NCBI GenBank assembly: GCA_003697015.1
Contig: RFGL01000338.1
Location: 1 to 58,365, forward strand
DNA from: Acidobacteriota bacterium
GTDB lineage: Bacteria > Acidobacteriota > Thermoanaerobaculia > Multivoradales > J023
Length of the DNA: 58,365 bases
Direction of reading: 5' to 3'
The notes under the pieces are model-generated. The model searched no databases and had not been told where the DNA came from. It saw only the letters and a list, made by a program, of their open reading frames with translations. Shown here piece after piece: positions 9,070-18,013 of the stretch (position 1 is its first letter; every line of letters starts with the position of its first letter). Position numbers and translations under genes: made by a program.

Positions 9070-9429
9070 CTAGAGGCGCTGAATCACCTCCAGCAACTCC
9101 TGGTTGCCGAACGGCTTCTTGATGTAAGCCGAGGCGCCGGCTTCCAAGCCCCGGATGGTGTCCTCTTCCTTGCCTTCCGTGCTGATGATCACCACCGGGA
9201 TGTCCTTCAGCGCCTCGTTGGCCTTGACCTGCGACAGGAATTCGAGGCCGCTCATCCGCGGCATGTTGATGTCGAGCAAAATGAGATCGATGTCCGCGTC
9301 GCTGCCCAGGCACTGCAACGCCTCCAGGCCGTCGTGGGCGTGCACCAGCGCGTACTGACGCAGCAGGACCTCGAACATTTTGTGGATCAGCTTGGAATCA
9401 TCGACAACCAGGATCTTCCTCGGTTGCAC
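9070..9429 (-). CDS. cheY: CheY-like single-domain response regulator
   Basis: ILVVDDS, LILLDINMPRMSG and AYIKKPF are receiver motifs. I place the start at the GTG at 9429, preceded by AAGGAGAG (minus strand). The 153-aa ORF start at 9531 adds a non-homologous extension. Confidence 0.85.
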   Translation of the reverse strand: MQPRKILVVDDSKLIHKMFEVLLRQYALVHAHDGLEALQCLGSDADIDLILLDINMPRMSGLEFLSQVKANEALKDIPVVIISTEGKEEDTIRGLEAGASAYIKKPFGNQELLEVIQRL

Positions 9430-9718
9430 CGCTCTCTCCTTGCTCGAAGTCCATGCGATCTCCGGCACGGGCCCGCGCGGAGAGCCCGCGCCCCATCCCA
9501 CGCGAGCTGCCTCTTGCCTGGTCACCGTCAACCGGGCGAATACCGGACCGGTAGCCTAGCCCAAGCGCCCTGGCCTTGCAAGTGTGGCCAGCGGCTTGAC
9601 AAGCGGTCGCTCGCCATCCCAAACTGATTCGCTCGGCTCAAGCCAGGGCTGCTCGTTCGCCTGCGACGGCGTGCCGTCGGAGCCTCGGCGGCGCGGGCCG
9701 GGCCCGAGGGTGCATCGC

Positions 9719-11308
9719 ATGGACGCAGCGTTCCGAGAGCTACTGGGGGAGTTCCTGCTCGAGGCGGGCGAGCGCATCGACGCCGTCGAGGCCTTGCTCC
9801 TCGGCCTGGGCAGCGCCGAACGGGGAGCGAGGCGCGACGCCCTCGCCCGCCTGCGGCGCGAGCTTCACACCCTCAAGGGCAACGCCGGCATGATGGGGAT
9901 GGGCGACCTGCAACAGCTGGCCCACGCCCTGGAGGACGAGATCGAGTCCCTCGATCCCGCCGCACCGCAGATCGACGATCTGCTCGCCGGCCTCGACGCC
10001 ATGCGCGACCACCTGCGGCAGATCGCCGGCGGCGACGCCGCCGGCGACGCCACGGCGGCCGCCGAGATGCCGCCGGCCTTCTTCCTCGGCGGCGGCGACG
10101 CCAGCGTGCGGGTACCGTTCGCCAAGATCGATCAGCTGGTCGAGATGCTGGCCGAGATCCTGATCTTCCGCAACCGCCTGAGCGACGCCATCGCCAGCGG
10201 CCTGCCCGAGGCCCTCGACCTGGATCCGGCGGCGGCCCTGGCCCGCGCCCGCGCCGCCTGGGAGACGGTGGAGGAGACCCACGCCGCCCTGGAGAAGACC
10301 CTGAACCGGCTGCAGGAAGCGGTGACCGACCTCGGCATGGTGCCCCTGCAACTGCTCTTCCGCTCCCTCGGACGGATCGTCCACGACGAGTCGCGGCGCG
10401 AGGGCAAGGAGGTCACCCTCGACGTCGACGGCGGCGAGACGCCGATCGACAAGACCCTGCTCGAGACCGCCGGCGAAGCCCTCGGTCACCTGGTGCGCAA
10501 CGCCGTCATCCACGGCATCGAGACGCCGGCCGAACGGCGGCGCGCCGGCAAACCGGAACAGGGCACGGTGCGCGTCGGCGCCGCCATCGAGGGCGGCGAG
10601 GTGATGATCGAGGTGCGCGACGACGGCGCCGGCATCGACCTCGAGGCCCTGCGCCGCCTGGCGCCGCCGGCCGCCGGCGACGCCTACCCCGCCGCCGGCG
10701 AGGAGGCGCTCTTCGCCCTGCTCTTCGAAGAGGGGGTCACCACCCGCGGCGGCGCCGACCTGTCGGCCGGCCGCGGCGTCGGCCTGGCGGCGGTGAAGAA
10801 GAGCGTCGAGCGCCAGGGGGGGCGCATCGAGGTGAGCTCGAGCGCCGGCCGTGGCAGCGCCTTCGTCCTGCGCCTGCCGCTCACCGCCTCGATCCTGCGC
10901 TCCCTGCTGCTGCGGGTCGACGGCGAAGACTACGCCCTGCCCCTGACCACCGTCACCGAGACCCTGAGCCTCGAGGCCGGCGATCGCCACGAGCTCAATC
11001 ACGCCGGGGTGCTGCGCTGGCGCGGCGGCGTGTTGCCGCTGCTCGACCTCGGCCTGGCCTTCGCCACCGCCGAGGAGCCGCGCCGGCAGGGCTATGCGGT
11101 GGTGATCGAGAGCGGCGGGCGGCTGCGCGCCCTGGCCGTGGACGACATCATCGGCATCCGTGATATCGTTGTCCGCGGTCTGGATCCGGTCGTCGGGCAA
11201 CCGATCGGCATTTCCGGCTCGACCATCCTGGGCGACGGGCGGGTGATCATGATCCTCGATCCTGCGAGCTTGATGACCATCCCGCCCTTTGTGGGTGCGG
11301 AGCGATGA
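9719..11308 (+). CDS. cheA: chemotaxis histidine kinase CheA
   Basis: The Hpt phosphorylation site is LHTLKGNAGMMG. HATPase blocks are HLVRNAVIHGIE, DDGAGID and GRGVGLAAV. A C-terminal CheW-like domain is present. I chose the ATG at 9719 (MDAAFRE) over the upstream in-frame ORF start. Confidence 0.85.
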   Translation: MDAAFRELLGEFLLEAGERIDAVEALLLGLGSAERGARRDALARLRRELHTLKGNAGMMGMGDLQQLAHALEDEIESLDPAAPQIDDLLAGLDAMRDHLRQIAGGDAAGDATAAAEMPPAFFLGGGDASVRVPFAKIDQLVEMLAEILIFRNRLSDAIASGLPEALDLDPAAALARARAAWETVEETHAALEKTLNRLQEAVTDLGMVPLQLLFRSLGRIVHDESRREGKEVTLDVDGGETPIDKTLLETAGEALGHLVRNAVIHGIETPAERRRAGKPEQGTVRVGAAIEGGEVMIEVRDDGAGIDLEALRRLAPPAAGDAYPAAGEEALFALLFEEGVTTRGGADLSAGRGVGLAAVKKSVERQGGRIEVSSSAGRGSAFVLRLPLTASILRSLLLRVDGEDYALPLTTVTETLSLEAGDRHELNHAGVLRWRGGVLPLLDLGLAFATAEEPRRQGYAVVIESGGRLRALAVDDIIGIRDIVVRGLDPVVGQPIGISGSTILGDGRVIMILDPASLMTIPPFVGAER

Positions 11309-12042
11309 GCGGGAAGGAACGTCGAGGGCGAGAAAAAGGCGGCAAGAAACCGGCCGCCCGCAAGAAGCCGGCTGCCGCCAGCCGGGCGAAGGGCCGGAGC
11401 CCGAGCAAAAGCCCGACCAAGAGCCCGACGAAGAAGGAAACCGCCCCCGTCACCCTGCCGGCCTACGGGCTGGCCGAGGACGTCCTCGGCGGCGCAGCGG
11501 CCAAGGCGGCCGGGAGCGGCGAGGAGCGGATCTACGACTTCGCCGCGGCGCTGGAAGCCGAAGACGCTCGCCGTCTGGAGGAAGCGCCGGCCAGGCCGCA
11601 GCGCCTCGAGACCTGGGTCACCTTCGGCCTCGGCGACGAGACCTACGGCCTGCCGGTCGCCCCGGTGCAGGAGGTATTGCGGGTCACCGGCATCACCCGG
11701 GTGCCCCACGCCCCGCGCCCGATCCGCGGCGTCACCCAGGTGCGCGGCCGGGTCATCCCGGTGGTCGACCTCGGTTTGCGCCTCGGCCTCGAGCCGCGGA
11801 CCATCGACCGCGCCAGCCGCATCCTGGTGGTCGCCTCCCGCGGTCATCGCCTCGGCCTGCTGGTCGATCGCGTCGACCAGGTGGTCCATCTCGACCTGGA
11901 ACAGGCCCAGGCGCCGCCGGAGGACGTGGTGACCGTCGAATCGGATTACATCTCCGCCGTCTACCACCTCGAAGACCAGCTCATCCTGCTGCTCGACGTC
12001 GACCGCGTTTTGATCGTCCATGAAGTTTCAGGAGCTGCTTGA
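11305..12042 (+). CDS. cheW: CheW coupling protein with a Lys/Pro/Ser-rich basic N-terminal tail
   Basis: An ATGA overlap joins it to the cheA stop. The CheW domain is WVTFGLGDETYGLPVAPVQEVL...VIPVVDLGLRLG...LGLLVDRVDQV. The first ~48 aa are KKPAARKKPAA / KSPTKSPTKK type. Confidence 0.85.
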   Translation: MSGKERRGREKGGKKPAARKKPAAASRAKGRSPSKSPTKSPTKKETAPVTLPAYGLAEDVLGGAAAKAAGSGEERIYDFAAALEAEDARRLEEAPARPQRLETWVTFGLGDETYGLPVAPVQEVLRVTGITRVPHAPRPIRGVTQVRGRVIPVVDLGLRLGLEPRTIDRASRILVVASRGHRLGLLVDRVDQVVHLDLEQAQAPPEDVVTVESDYISAVYHLEDQLILLLDVDRVLIVHEVSGAA

Positions 12043-12043
12043 C

Positions 12044-12856
12044 ATGCGTTCGACGATCTTCCATCCCCGCGCCGTCGCCGTCGCGCTCTGCTGCGCGCTG
12101 CTGGGCGTCGCCTCCGCCGCCCCCGGCCACGCCCAGAACCGGGCCTTCAAGGTCGTCGTCAACGGGCAGAATCCGACCGATGAGCTGCCGAAGGAGGAGG
12201 TGTCGCGTCTCTTCCTCAAGAAATTGCGCAAATGGCCGGGCTGGGATGAGCAGGTGATGCCCGCCGACCTGGAGGTCGACTCGCCGATCCGCGAGGCCTT
12301 CTCCCTCGAAGTGCTCGGCCGCAAACCGATCCAGGTCCACCGCTTCTGGCAGCGCCAGCTCTTCGCCGGCCGCGACGCGCCCCCACCGATCTTCTCCTCC
12401 GATGCCCAGGTGCTCGACTTCGTGCGCAGGAATCCCGGGGCGATCGGCTACGTCGCCAGCGACACCAGCCTCGGCGACGGCGTCAAGGAGCTGGCGATCA
12501 AGGAATTCCAGATCGTGGTCAACACCCGAAACCCGACCAGCGTGCTGGCGAAGAGAGAGGTGGCGGACATCTACCTCAAGAAGATCACCGTCTGGGAGGG
12601 CTGGCAGGAACCGATCGTTCCGGTCGACAATCTCAGCCTGTTTACATTCTTCAGCTTCGAGATCTTCGGCAGAAAAAGCCGTCTGCTCGACGAGCTCTGG
12701 CTGCGCAAACAATATCGCTACAACCTGGATCCTCCCCCGCGGCTGCGTTCGAACGAAGAGGTCTTGGACTACGTTCGCACCACCCCCGGGGCCATCGGTT
12801 ACGTGTCGAGAGACGCCGTGCTCGGAACCGGCGTCAAGCTGGTAACGGTCGAGTAA
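12044..12856 (+). CDS. secreted tandem PstS-like (PBP-like) substrate-binding domain protein
   Basis: The ATG at 12044 lies directly after the cheW stop (TGACATG). The signal peptide is AVAVALCCALLGVASAAPGHAQ. There are two repeats of a ~115-aa module ending in GAIGYV(A/S). Confidence 0.7.
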   Translation: MRSTIFHPRAVAVALCCALLGVASAAPGHAQNRAFKVVVNGQNPTDELPKEEVSRLFLKKLRKWPGWDEQVMPADLEVDSPIREAFSLEVLGRKPIQVHRFWQRQLFAGRDAPPPIFSSDAQVLDFVRRNPGAIGYVASDTSLGDGVKELAIKEFQIVVNTRNPTSVLAKREVADIYLKKITVWEGWQEPIVPVDNLSLFTFFSFEIFGRKSRLLDELWLRKQYRYNLDPPPRLRSNEEVLDYVRTTPGAIGYVSRDAVLGTGVKLVTVE

Positions 12857-12915
12857 GCGCGATTCCGGCGCCCCACGGCCCGCGACCGGCGGGCTGAACT
12901 GTGAGGAAGAGTAAG

Positions 12916-15120
12916 ATGTTTCGACTCTTCGATCGATTGCGCCTCAGCACCAAAGTGTTGCTGAGCCCGATTCTCGCCTTCGTCGGCGTTGCGGTCATCT
13001 TCGGCATCACATGGTTTTTCGGCTCGCGCATCGGCGACCTGGCGGACGACATCACCCAGGAGTACTTCCCCGGCTTCGATCTGACGCGGGACGTCAAGGA
13101 GCAGCTCAACCGGTTGCCGGAGATCTTCGTCGACGCGGTGACCCAGATGGACGACTTCATCCTCGACGAAGACGCCCAGGAGGTGCACGAGAGAATCCTC
13201 GACCTCTTCGAGCAAGCCAAGGACAACGCCACCTTCGAGCCGGAGGCGAGCAAGCGCCAGGCGATCCTCGCGTCGCTCAGAGCCGACGCGAAAGCCCTCG
13301 CCCAGGCAGCTGCCGCAGCGGAAGGGTCGGCGCAGGAGCAGCGCGCCGCGCTGGAGAAGCGGGCCGCGGACTTCGCCGATTTGGTCCGCTTCCTCGAAGA
13401 GCAGTGGTCGGCTACCGATGCGGGTTCCAACAAACCGTTGGTCGAGACCGTGAAAGAAGCCTACGAAAGCTACTTCCAGCTCGCCAAGGCGACGGTCCTG
13501 GAACAGATCCGCGCCCAGGAGGGGAGCGCCGGCGAGATCATGCCGCCGGAGATGGCGGCCAAGCAGGCGGCCCTCAAGGAAAGCACCGCCGGCATCATCA
13601 CCCAGATCAACGCCCTCGCCGAGGTCGGGCGTACCGGCCTGCGGGTCGAGCTCGACAGCCTGCGGCGGGATCAGCGGCGACAGGTCATCGCCGTCGGCGC
13701 CATCACCATCGCTCTGCTCCTCGGCCTGGGAGGGCTGGCGCTCCTGGTCTACAACTCGGTCAACCAGCCGATCAACCTGGCGGTGCAGGTCGCCGACCAC
13801 CTCGCCCAAGGCGACGTCTCGACCGACTTCCGGGTCGACCGCGACGACGAGATCGGCCGCCTGCTCCAGGCGATGGAGCGCATGCTCACCTACCTGCGGG
13901 AGATGGCCGACCTGGCGGGCTCGATCGCCACCGGCGACCTGCGCCATCAAGTCGAGCCGCGCTCCGACGCCGACCTCTTCGGCAAGGCCTTCCGCGACAT
14001 GTCGGAGAACCTGCGGCAGATGATCGGCCGCATCAAGCAGGCCGCAGCCCAGGTCGCCCAGGCCTCCGACGACATCGCCTCGTCCTCGGCCCAGATCACC
14101 AGCGGCGCCGAGAGCCAGTCGGCGTCGGCCGACGAGACCCTGTCGACCATGGTCGAGATCGCGGCCCAGATCGACAGCGTCGCCAAGTCGTCCCAGGCAC
14201 TGGCGATCAACGTCGATCAGACCTCCTCCTCGATCCAGGAGATGGGCGCCTCGATCGAGCAGGTGGCAAAAAACTCCACCAACCTCCTGACCTCGGTCGA
14301 GGAGACCTCGTCGACGATCGAAGAGATGACCGCCTCGATCCAGTCGATCGAAGCCAAGGTGCGGGTGGTCGACGACGTATCCCGCGAGGCGGCGGGCATC
14401 GCCCAGAACCGCGGCGAAGAGCTGTCGAAGAAGATCGGCGGCATCAGCGTCGCCAGCCAGGACATCGGCAAGATCGTCGGCATCATCGAAGACATCGCCG
14501 ATCAGACCAACCTGCTGGCGTTGAACGCCGCCATCGAGGCGGCACACGCCGGCGACGCCGGCCGCGGCTTCGCGGTGGTCGCCGAGGAGGTCAAGCGCCT
14601 GGCCGAGCGCTCGGTCGCCTCCACCCGCGAGATCGCCGCGGTGGTGGAGAACGTGCAGAAGTCGACCGCCGAGGCGATCGCCATGACCAAGGAGATCCTC
14701 GAGCAGATCATCGGCTCGGTGACCCGCACTTCGGAGCTGGTGGGGGAGGTCTACGCCGCCACCCAGGAACAGAGCGGCGGGGCGGCGCAGATCTTGAACA
14801 CCACCAGCCACATGCAGACCGTCACCCGCCAGCTGGCGGCGGCGGCCAAGGAGCAGGCCAACGGCGCCCGCGACATGATGAAGGCGGTGGAGACCATGAA
14901 CCGCATGACCCAGCAGGTCGCCGACGCCAGCCGCGAGCAGAAACAGGGCGGCGATCTGGTGGTCAAGGCGGTGGAACGCATCGCCCAGATCGCACAGCAG
15001 AACCTGGCCGCCGCCGAGCAGCTGTCGGGCAACACCCAGAACCTGTCGCAGCAGGCCGAGGGCCTGCTGAGCGTCGCCGAGATCTTCACCATCGAGACGG
15101 CGAACGGAGCCGACACGTGA
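12916..15120 (+). CDS. methyl-accepting chemotaxis protein (two TM segments, helical periplasmic domain, HAMP, MCP signalling domain)
   Basis: The ATG at 12916 is preceded by AGGAAGAG. HAMP is [13 protein letters not shown]. The highly conserved tip is [34 protein letters not shown]. Confidence 0.85.
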   Translation: MFRLFDRLRLSTKVLLSPILAFVGVAVIFGITWFFGSRIGDLADDITQEYFPGFDLTRDVKEQLNRLPEIFVDAVTQMDDFILDEDAQEVHERILDLFEQAKDNATFEPEASKRQAILASLRADAKALAQAAAAAEGSAQEQRAALEKRAADFADLVRFLEEQWSATDAGSNKPLVETVKEAYESYFQLAKATVLEQIRAQEGSAGEIMPPEMAAKQAALKESTAGIITQINALAEVGRTGLRVELDSLRRDQRRQVIAVGAITIALLLGLGGLALLVYNSVNQPINLAVQVADHLAQGDVSTDFRVDRDDEIGRLLQAMERMLTYLREMADLAGSIATGDLRHQVEPRSDADLFGKAFRDMSENLRQMIGRIKQAAAQVAQASDDIASSSAQITSGAESQSASADETLSTMVEIAAQIDSVAKSSQALAINVDQTSSSIQEMGASIEQVAKNSTNLLTSVEETSSTIEEMTASIQSIEAKVRVVDDVSREAAGIAQNRGEELSKKIGGISVASQDIGKIVGIIEDIADQTNLLALNAAIEAAHAGDAGRGFAVVAEEVKRLAERSVASTREIAAVVENVQKSTAEAIAMTKEILEQIIGSVTRTSELVGEVYAATQEQSGGAAQILNTTSHMQTVTRQLAAAAKEQANGARDMMKAVETMNRMTQQVADASREQKQGGDLVVKAVERIAQIAQQNLAAAEQLSGNTQNLSQQAEGLLSVAEIFTIETANGADT

Positions 15121-15256
15121 TCGCCGCGTGCCGAGCTCGTACCACCCCCCTTGCGGCCGGCCGCCAGGCCGGCCGTTTCCATCGGGATGCACCCCGCGAG
15201 AAGCGCCGGCGGGCGCCTGCCGGCGTCGCCGCGGACGGGGTGCCGGAGGCCCCGCG

Positions 15257-17158
15257 ATGACCATGAACGGAGTACCGCAATCCCTCGACACCAGCTGGGA
15301 GGAGTGCATCGCGCTGCTCGACAGCCTGCCCTCCCTGTCGGTCGAAGCACGCGTCGCCGCGCTGGAGAAGCTGATCCGCAACCCCAGCCCGGGCATCCGC
15401 AGCCGCGCCCTGCGCATGGGCGCCGCCGTGCTGCCCGACGAGCAGCTCAAGAGCTACCTGCGCAGCGAGGCCGACGACGTGCTGCGCAACGCCGGCGTCG
15501 AGATGCTCAAGATGCGCGGCAACCGCGGCTTCTCCCTCGCCCTGCAGCTGCTCAAGGACGACGATTCGGACATCGTGCTGCAGGCGGTGGTGGTGCTCAC
15601 CGCGCTGCGCGATCCGCGGGCCCTCGAGCCCCTGCGCGGGGTGCTGCATCACCAGGACCCGAACGTGGTGCAGGAGGCGATCGTCGCCATCGGCCAGCTC
15701 GGCGACGCCCGTGCCATCCCCGACCTGCTCGGCTTCCTGGAAGCCGATCCGTGGCTGCAGATGGCCGCCGTCCAGGCCCTGGGGAACCTGCGCTCGCCGG
15801 TGGCGGTGCCGCATCTGAAGCGCCTGCTGACCGACCTGATGGCCGGGCCCCTGGCCGCCGAGGCCCTGGCCCGCATCGGCGGCCAGAGCGCCTTCCTCGC
15901 CCTGGTGCACCACTGGCTGCGCTTCCGCAACGAGCTCGACACCGAGACCGTCCTCGGCCTCCTGGCCCACGTCCTCGAAGGCCTGCCGCGAGCCCCGAAA
16001 GAGGTGCCCGACTTCCGCGCCGCCCTGCTCGACCTGCTGGAGGACGATCGCGAGACCATCCGGGTCACCGCCGCCCGCTGTCTCCTCACCCTCGGCGCCA
16101 GCGCCGAGGACCGCAAAGCGCTGGTGCTGGTGGCGGACTTTCACCAGGAGGCGTCGGTGCTGCCGGCTTGCCTCCACCACCGCAGCGACCTGATCGGCTA
16201 CCTGATCGCCCAGACCGGCAGCCAGCGCACCTGGGGCTTTCTGCTGGCGGCCCGCTTCCCCGACGAGACGCCGATCCCGACCCTCGCCGACGCCCTCGCC
16301 TCGACGCCGCTGCCCGACCAGTTCGGTCCCCTGCTGCGCGCCCTGGAGAAAATCCGCCACCCCGACCTCGCCGAGCCGCTGCTCGGCTTCTACCTGCGCC
16401 AGCCGGAAGAACAGCGGCCGCTCCTCCACCCGCTGCTGCGGATCCACCGCGCCTCCCTCGCCGCCCACCTCGAGGACGCCGGCCTCGAAGACGCCACCCG
16501 GGTGGTGCTCAAGGCGCTTCTCGGCGTGCCGGAGAACGAGCTGGTGGCCGAGATCACCGCCCTGCCCCATGAAGAGCGGGTGAGAGCGATGGCCGAGCTC
16601 GTCGGCCAGGACCGCCTGATGCGTCTCCTGCCCTGGGACGCCTGGCTGCGCGAGGCCCCCGAGTCGTACGGGCCGGTGGCGGCCGAGTTCGCCTCCAAGG
16701 TCGGCCTGCGGGAGCTCGCCGCCAGTTTCCGCCAGCTGCTGGAGAAACGGCCCGAGCCCTACCTGATCCGCACCCTCGGCGAGCTCGGCGACCGCAAGAG
16801 CGTCAAGCTCTTGATCGGCTTGCTGGAGGAGACGAGCTCCCCGCTCGAGCCGATCGTGATCGAAAGCCTGGGCCGCATCGGCGGGCCGCAGGCACGCCAG
16901 GCGCTGCGCGGCGCCACCCGCTCGCACCGCGCCCAGCGCCAGCGAATGGCCTTCCGTGCCCTGGCACGCTGCGCCACCGAAGAGGACGACGCCATCTTCC
17001 GCGACGCGATCAGCAACCAGGACTGGTACATCCGGCTGTCCTGCGCCGAGGTTCTGGGCCGCTTCTCGCGACCGGAGAACCTCGCCGCCCTGGCCCAGCT
17101 CGCCGCCGACCCGGTGCCGATCGTCGCCCAGCGGGCGCTGTCGTTTCTCGAGAGCTGA
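15257..17158 (+). CDS. HEAT-repeat (PBS-lyase-type) protein
   Basis: Repeated units of the form D..V...A..ALG.L.D.RA...L are present (DIVLQAVVVLTALRDPRALEPL, NVVQEAIVAIGQLGDARAIPDL, WLQMAAVQALGNLRSPVAVPHL, and C-terminal copies). I chose the ATG at 15257 (MTMNG). Confidence 0.7.
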   Translation: MTMNGVPQSLDTSWEECIALLDSLPSLSVEARVAALEKLIRNPSPGIRSRALRMGAAVLPDEQLKSYLRSEADDVLRNAGVEMLKMRGNRGFSLALQLLKDDDSDIVLQAVVVLTALRDPRALEPLRGVLHHQDPNVVQEAIVAIGQLGDARAIPDLLGFLEADPWLQMAAVQALGNLRSPVAVPHLKRLLTDLMAGPLAAEALARIGGQSAFLALVHHWLRFRNELDTETVLGLLAHVLEGLPRAPKEVPDFRAALLDLLEDDRETIRVTAARCLLTLGASAEDRKALVLVADFHQEASVLPACLHHRSDLIGYLIAQTGSQRTWGFLLAARFPDETPIPTLADALASTPLPDQFGPLLRALEKIRHPDLAEPLLGFYLRQPEEQRPLLHPLLRIHRASLAAHLEDAGLEDATRVVLKALLGVPENELVAEITALPHEERVRAMAELVGQDRLMRLLPWDAWLREAPESYGPVAAEFASKVGLRELAASFRQLLEKRPEPYLIRTLGELGDRKSVKLLIGLLEETSSPLEPIVIESLGRIGGPQARQALRGATRSHRAQRQRMAFRALARCATEEDDAIFRDAISNQDWYIRLSCAEVLGRFSRPENLAALAQLAADPVPIVAQRALSFLES

Positions 17159-17173
17159 GAGGAGCCCGCGGCG

Positions 17174-18013
17174 TTGCATCCCACCACCGCGCCGTTGACC
17201 CTCGAGGAGCTGGCGCTCTTCAACGAGCTCTTCATCGCTCGTTTCGGCCTCCATTTCCCCGATCACAAGCGGGAGATCCTCGAGTCGCGGCTGCTGCCCC
17301 GGCTGCGCGCCAACCACTTGAAGCGATATATCGATTACTATTTGCTCCTGCAATACGATTACGAACGCGAGAAAGACCACTTGATCCGCGCGATCACCAA
17401 CAACGAGAGCTACTTCTTCCGCGAGACGACGCAGATCGAGGTGCTGCAGGGCGACGCCGGCACCGAGCTGCGCGCCGGCGGCATCCTGCCCGGCCGGCTG
17501 CGCATCCTCTCCGCCGGCTGCTCATCGGGGGAGGAGCCCTACACCCTGCGCATCTTCGAGCAGCGCTCGCCCTTCGGCCGCGGCGAGCCGGCTCACATCG
17601 ACGCGGTCGACATCGACAGCGAGCGCTTGGAGCGGGCGCGGCAGGCGGTCTACCGCCCGAGCTCCCTGCGCGTCCTCACCCCGGCGCAGATCCGGTGCTA
17701 CTTCGAGCGGCTCGACGAGGAGAGCTACGCCCTGCGCGCGCCCTTCCGCCAAGGGGTGCGCTTCCGCTTGGGCAATCTGGTCGACCTCGACAGCCTGCGC
17801 GGCGTCCTGCCCTACGACGCGGTCTTCTGCCGCAACGTCCTGATCTACTTCGCCGAGCCGGCGCTGAAGAAGGCGATCGACAACTTCGCCCACCTGGTGC
17901 GCCCCGGCGGCCTGCTCTTCCTCGGCCACTCGGAGTCGATCATCGGGCTCACCCAGAGCTTCAAGGCCGAGCGGCTCGGCCAGTGCATCGCCTACCGCCG
18001 GGAGGGGACGTGA
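17174..18013 (+). CDS. cheR: chemotaxis protein methyltransferase CheR
   Basis: ITNNESYFFRE, LRILSAGCSSGEEPYTL and FCRNVLIYF are CheR SAM-methyltransferase blocks. The start is TTG per the ORF track. Confidence 0.85.
   Translation: MHPTTAPLTLEELALFNELFIARFGLHFPDHKREILESRLLPRLRANHLKRYIDYYLLLQYDYEREKDHLIRAITNNESYFFRETTQIEVLQGDAGTELRAGGILPGRLRILSAGCSSGEEPYTLRIFEQRSPFGRGEPAHIDAVDIDSERLERARQAVYRPSSLRVLTPAQIRCYFERLDEESYALRAPFRQGVRFRLGNLVDLDSLRGVLPYDAVFCRNVLIYFAEPALKKAIDNFAHLVRPGGLLFLGHSESIIGLTQSFKAERLGQCIAYRREGT

Noticed and set aside
9596-9601. A perfect TTGACA -35 hexamer and an overlapping TGGCCAG-N4-TTGAC sigma-54-like string in the cheY/cheA divergent region.
   Set aside because: No acceptable -10 hexamer lies 16-18 nt downstream (CCAAAC/CAAACT). 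The sigma-54-like string lacks the GC of the -12 element. This is too weak to report as a feature.
9584-9718. N-terminal extensions of CheA (from 9584), CheB (from 17695), CheY (to 9531) and the MBL gene (from 20831).
   Set aside because: The extensions are low-complexity and non-homologous to the families. They also overlap upstream genes or lack an SD. Internal starts fit the domain boundaries and the coupling signals.
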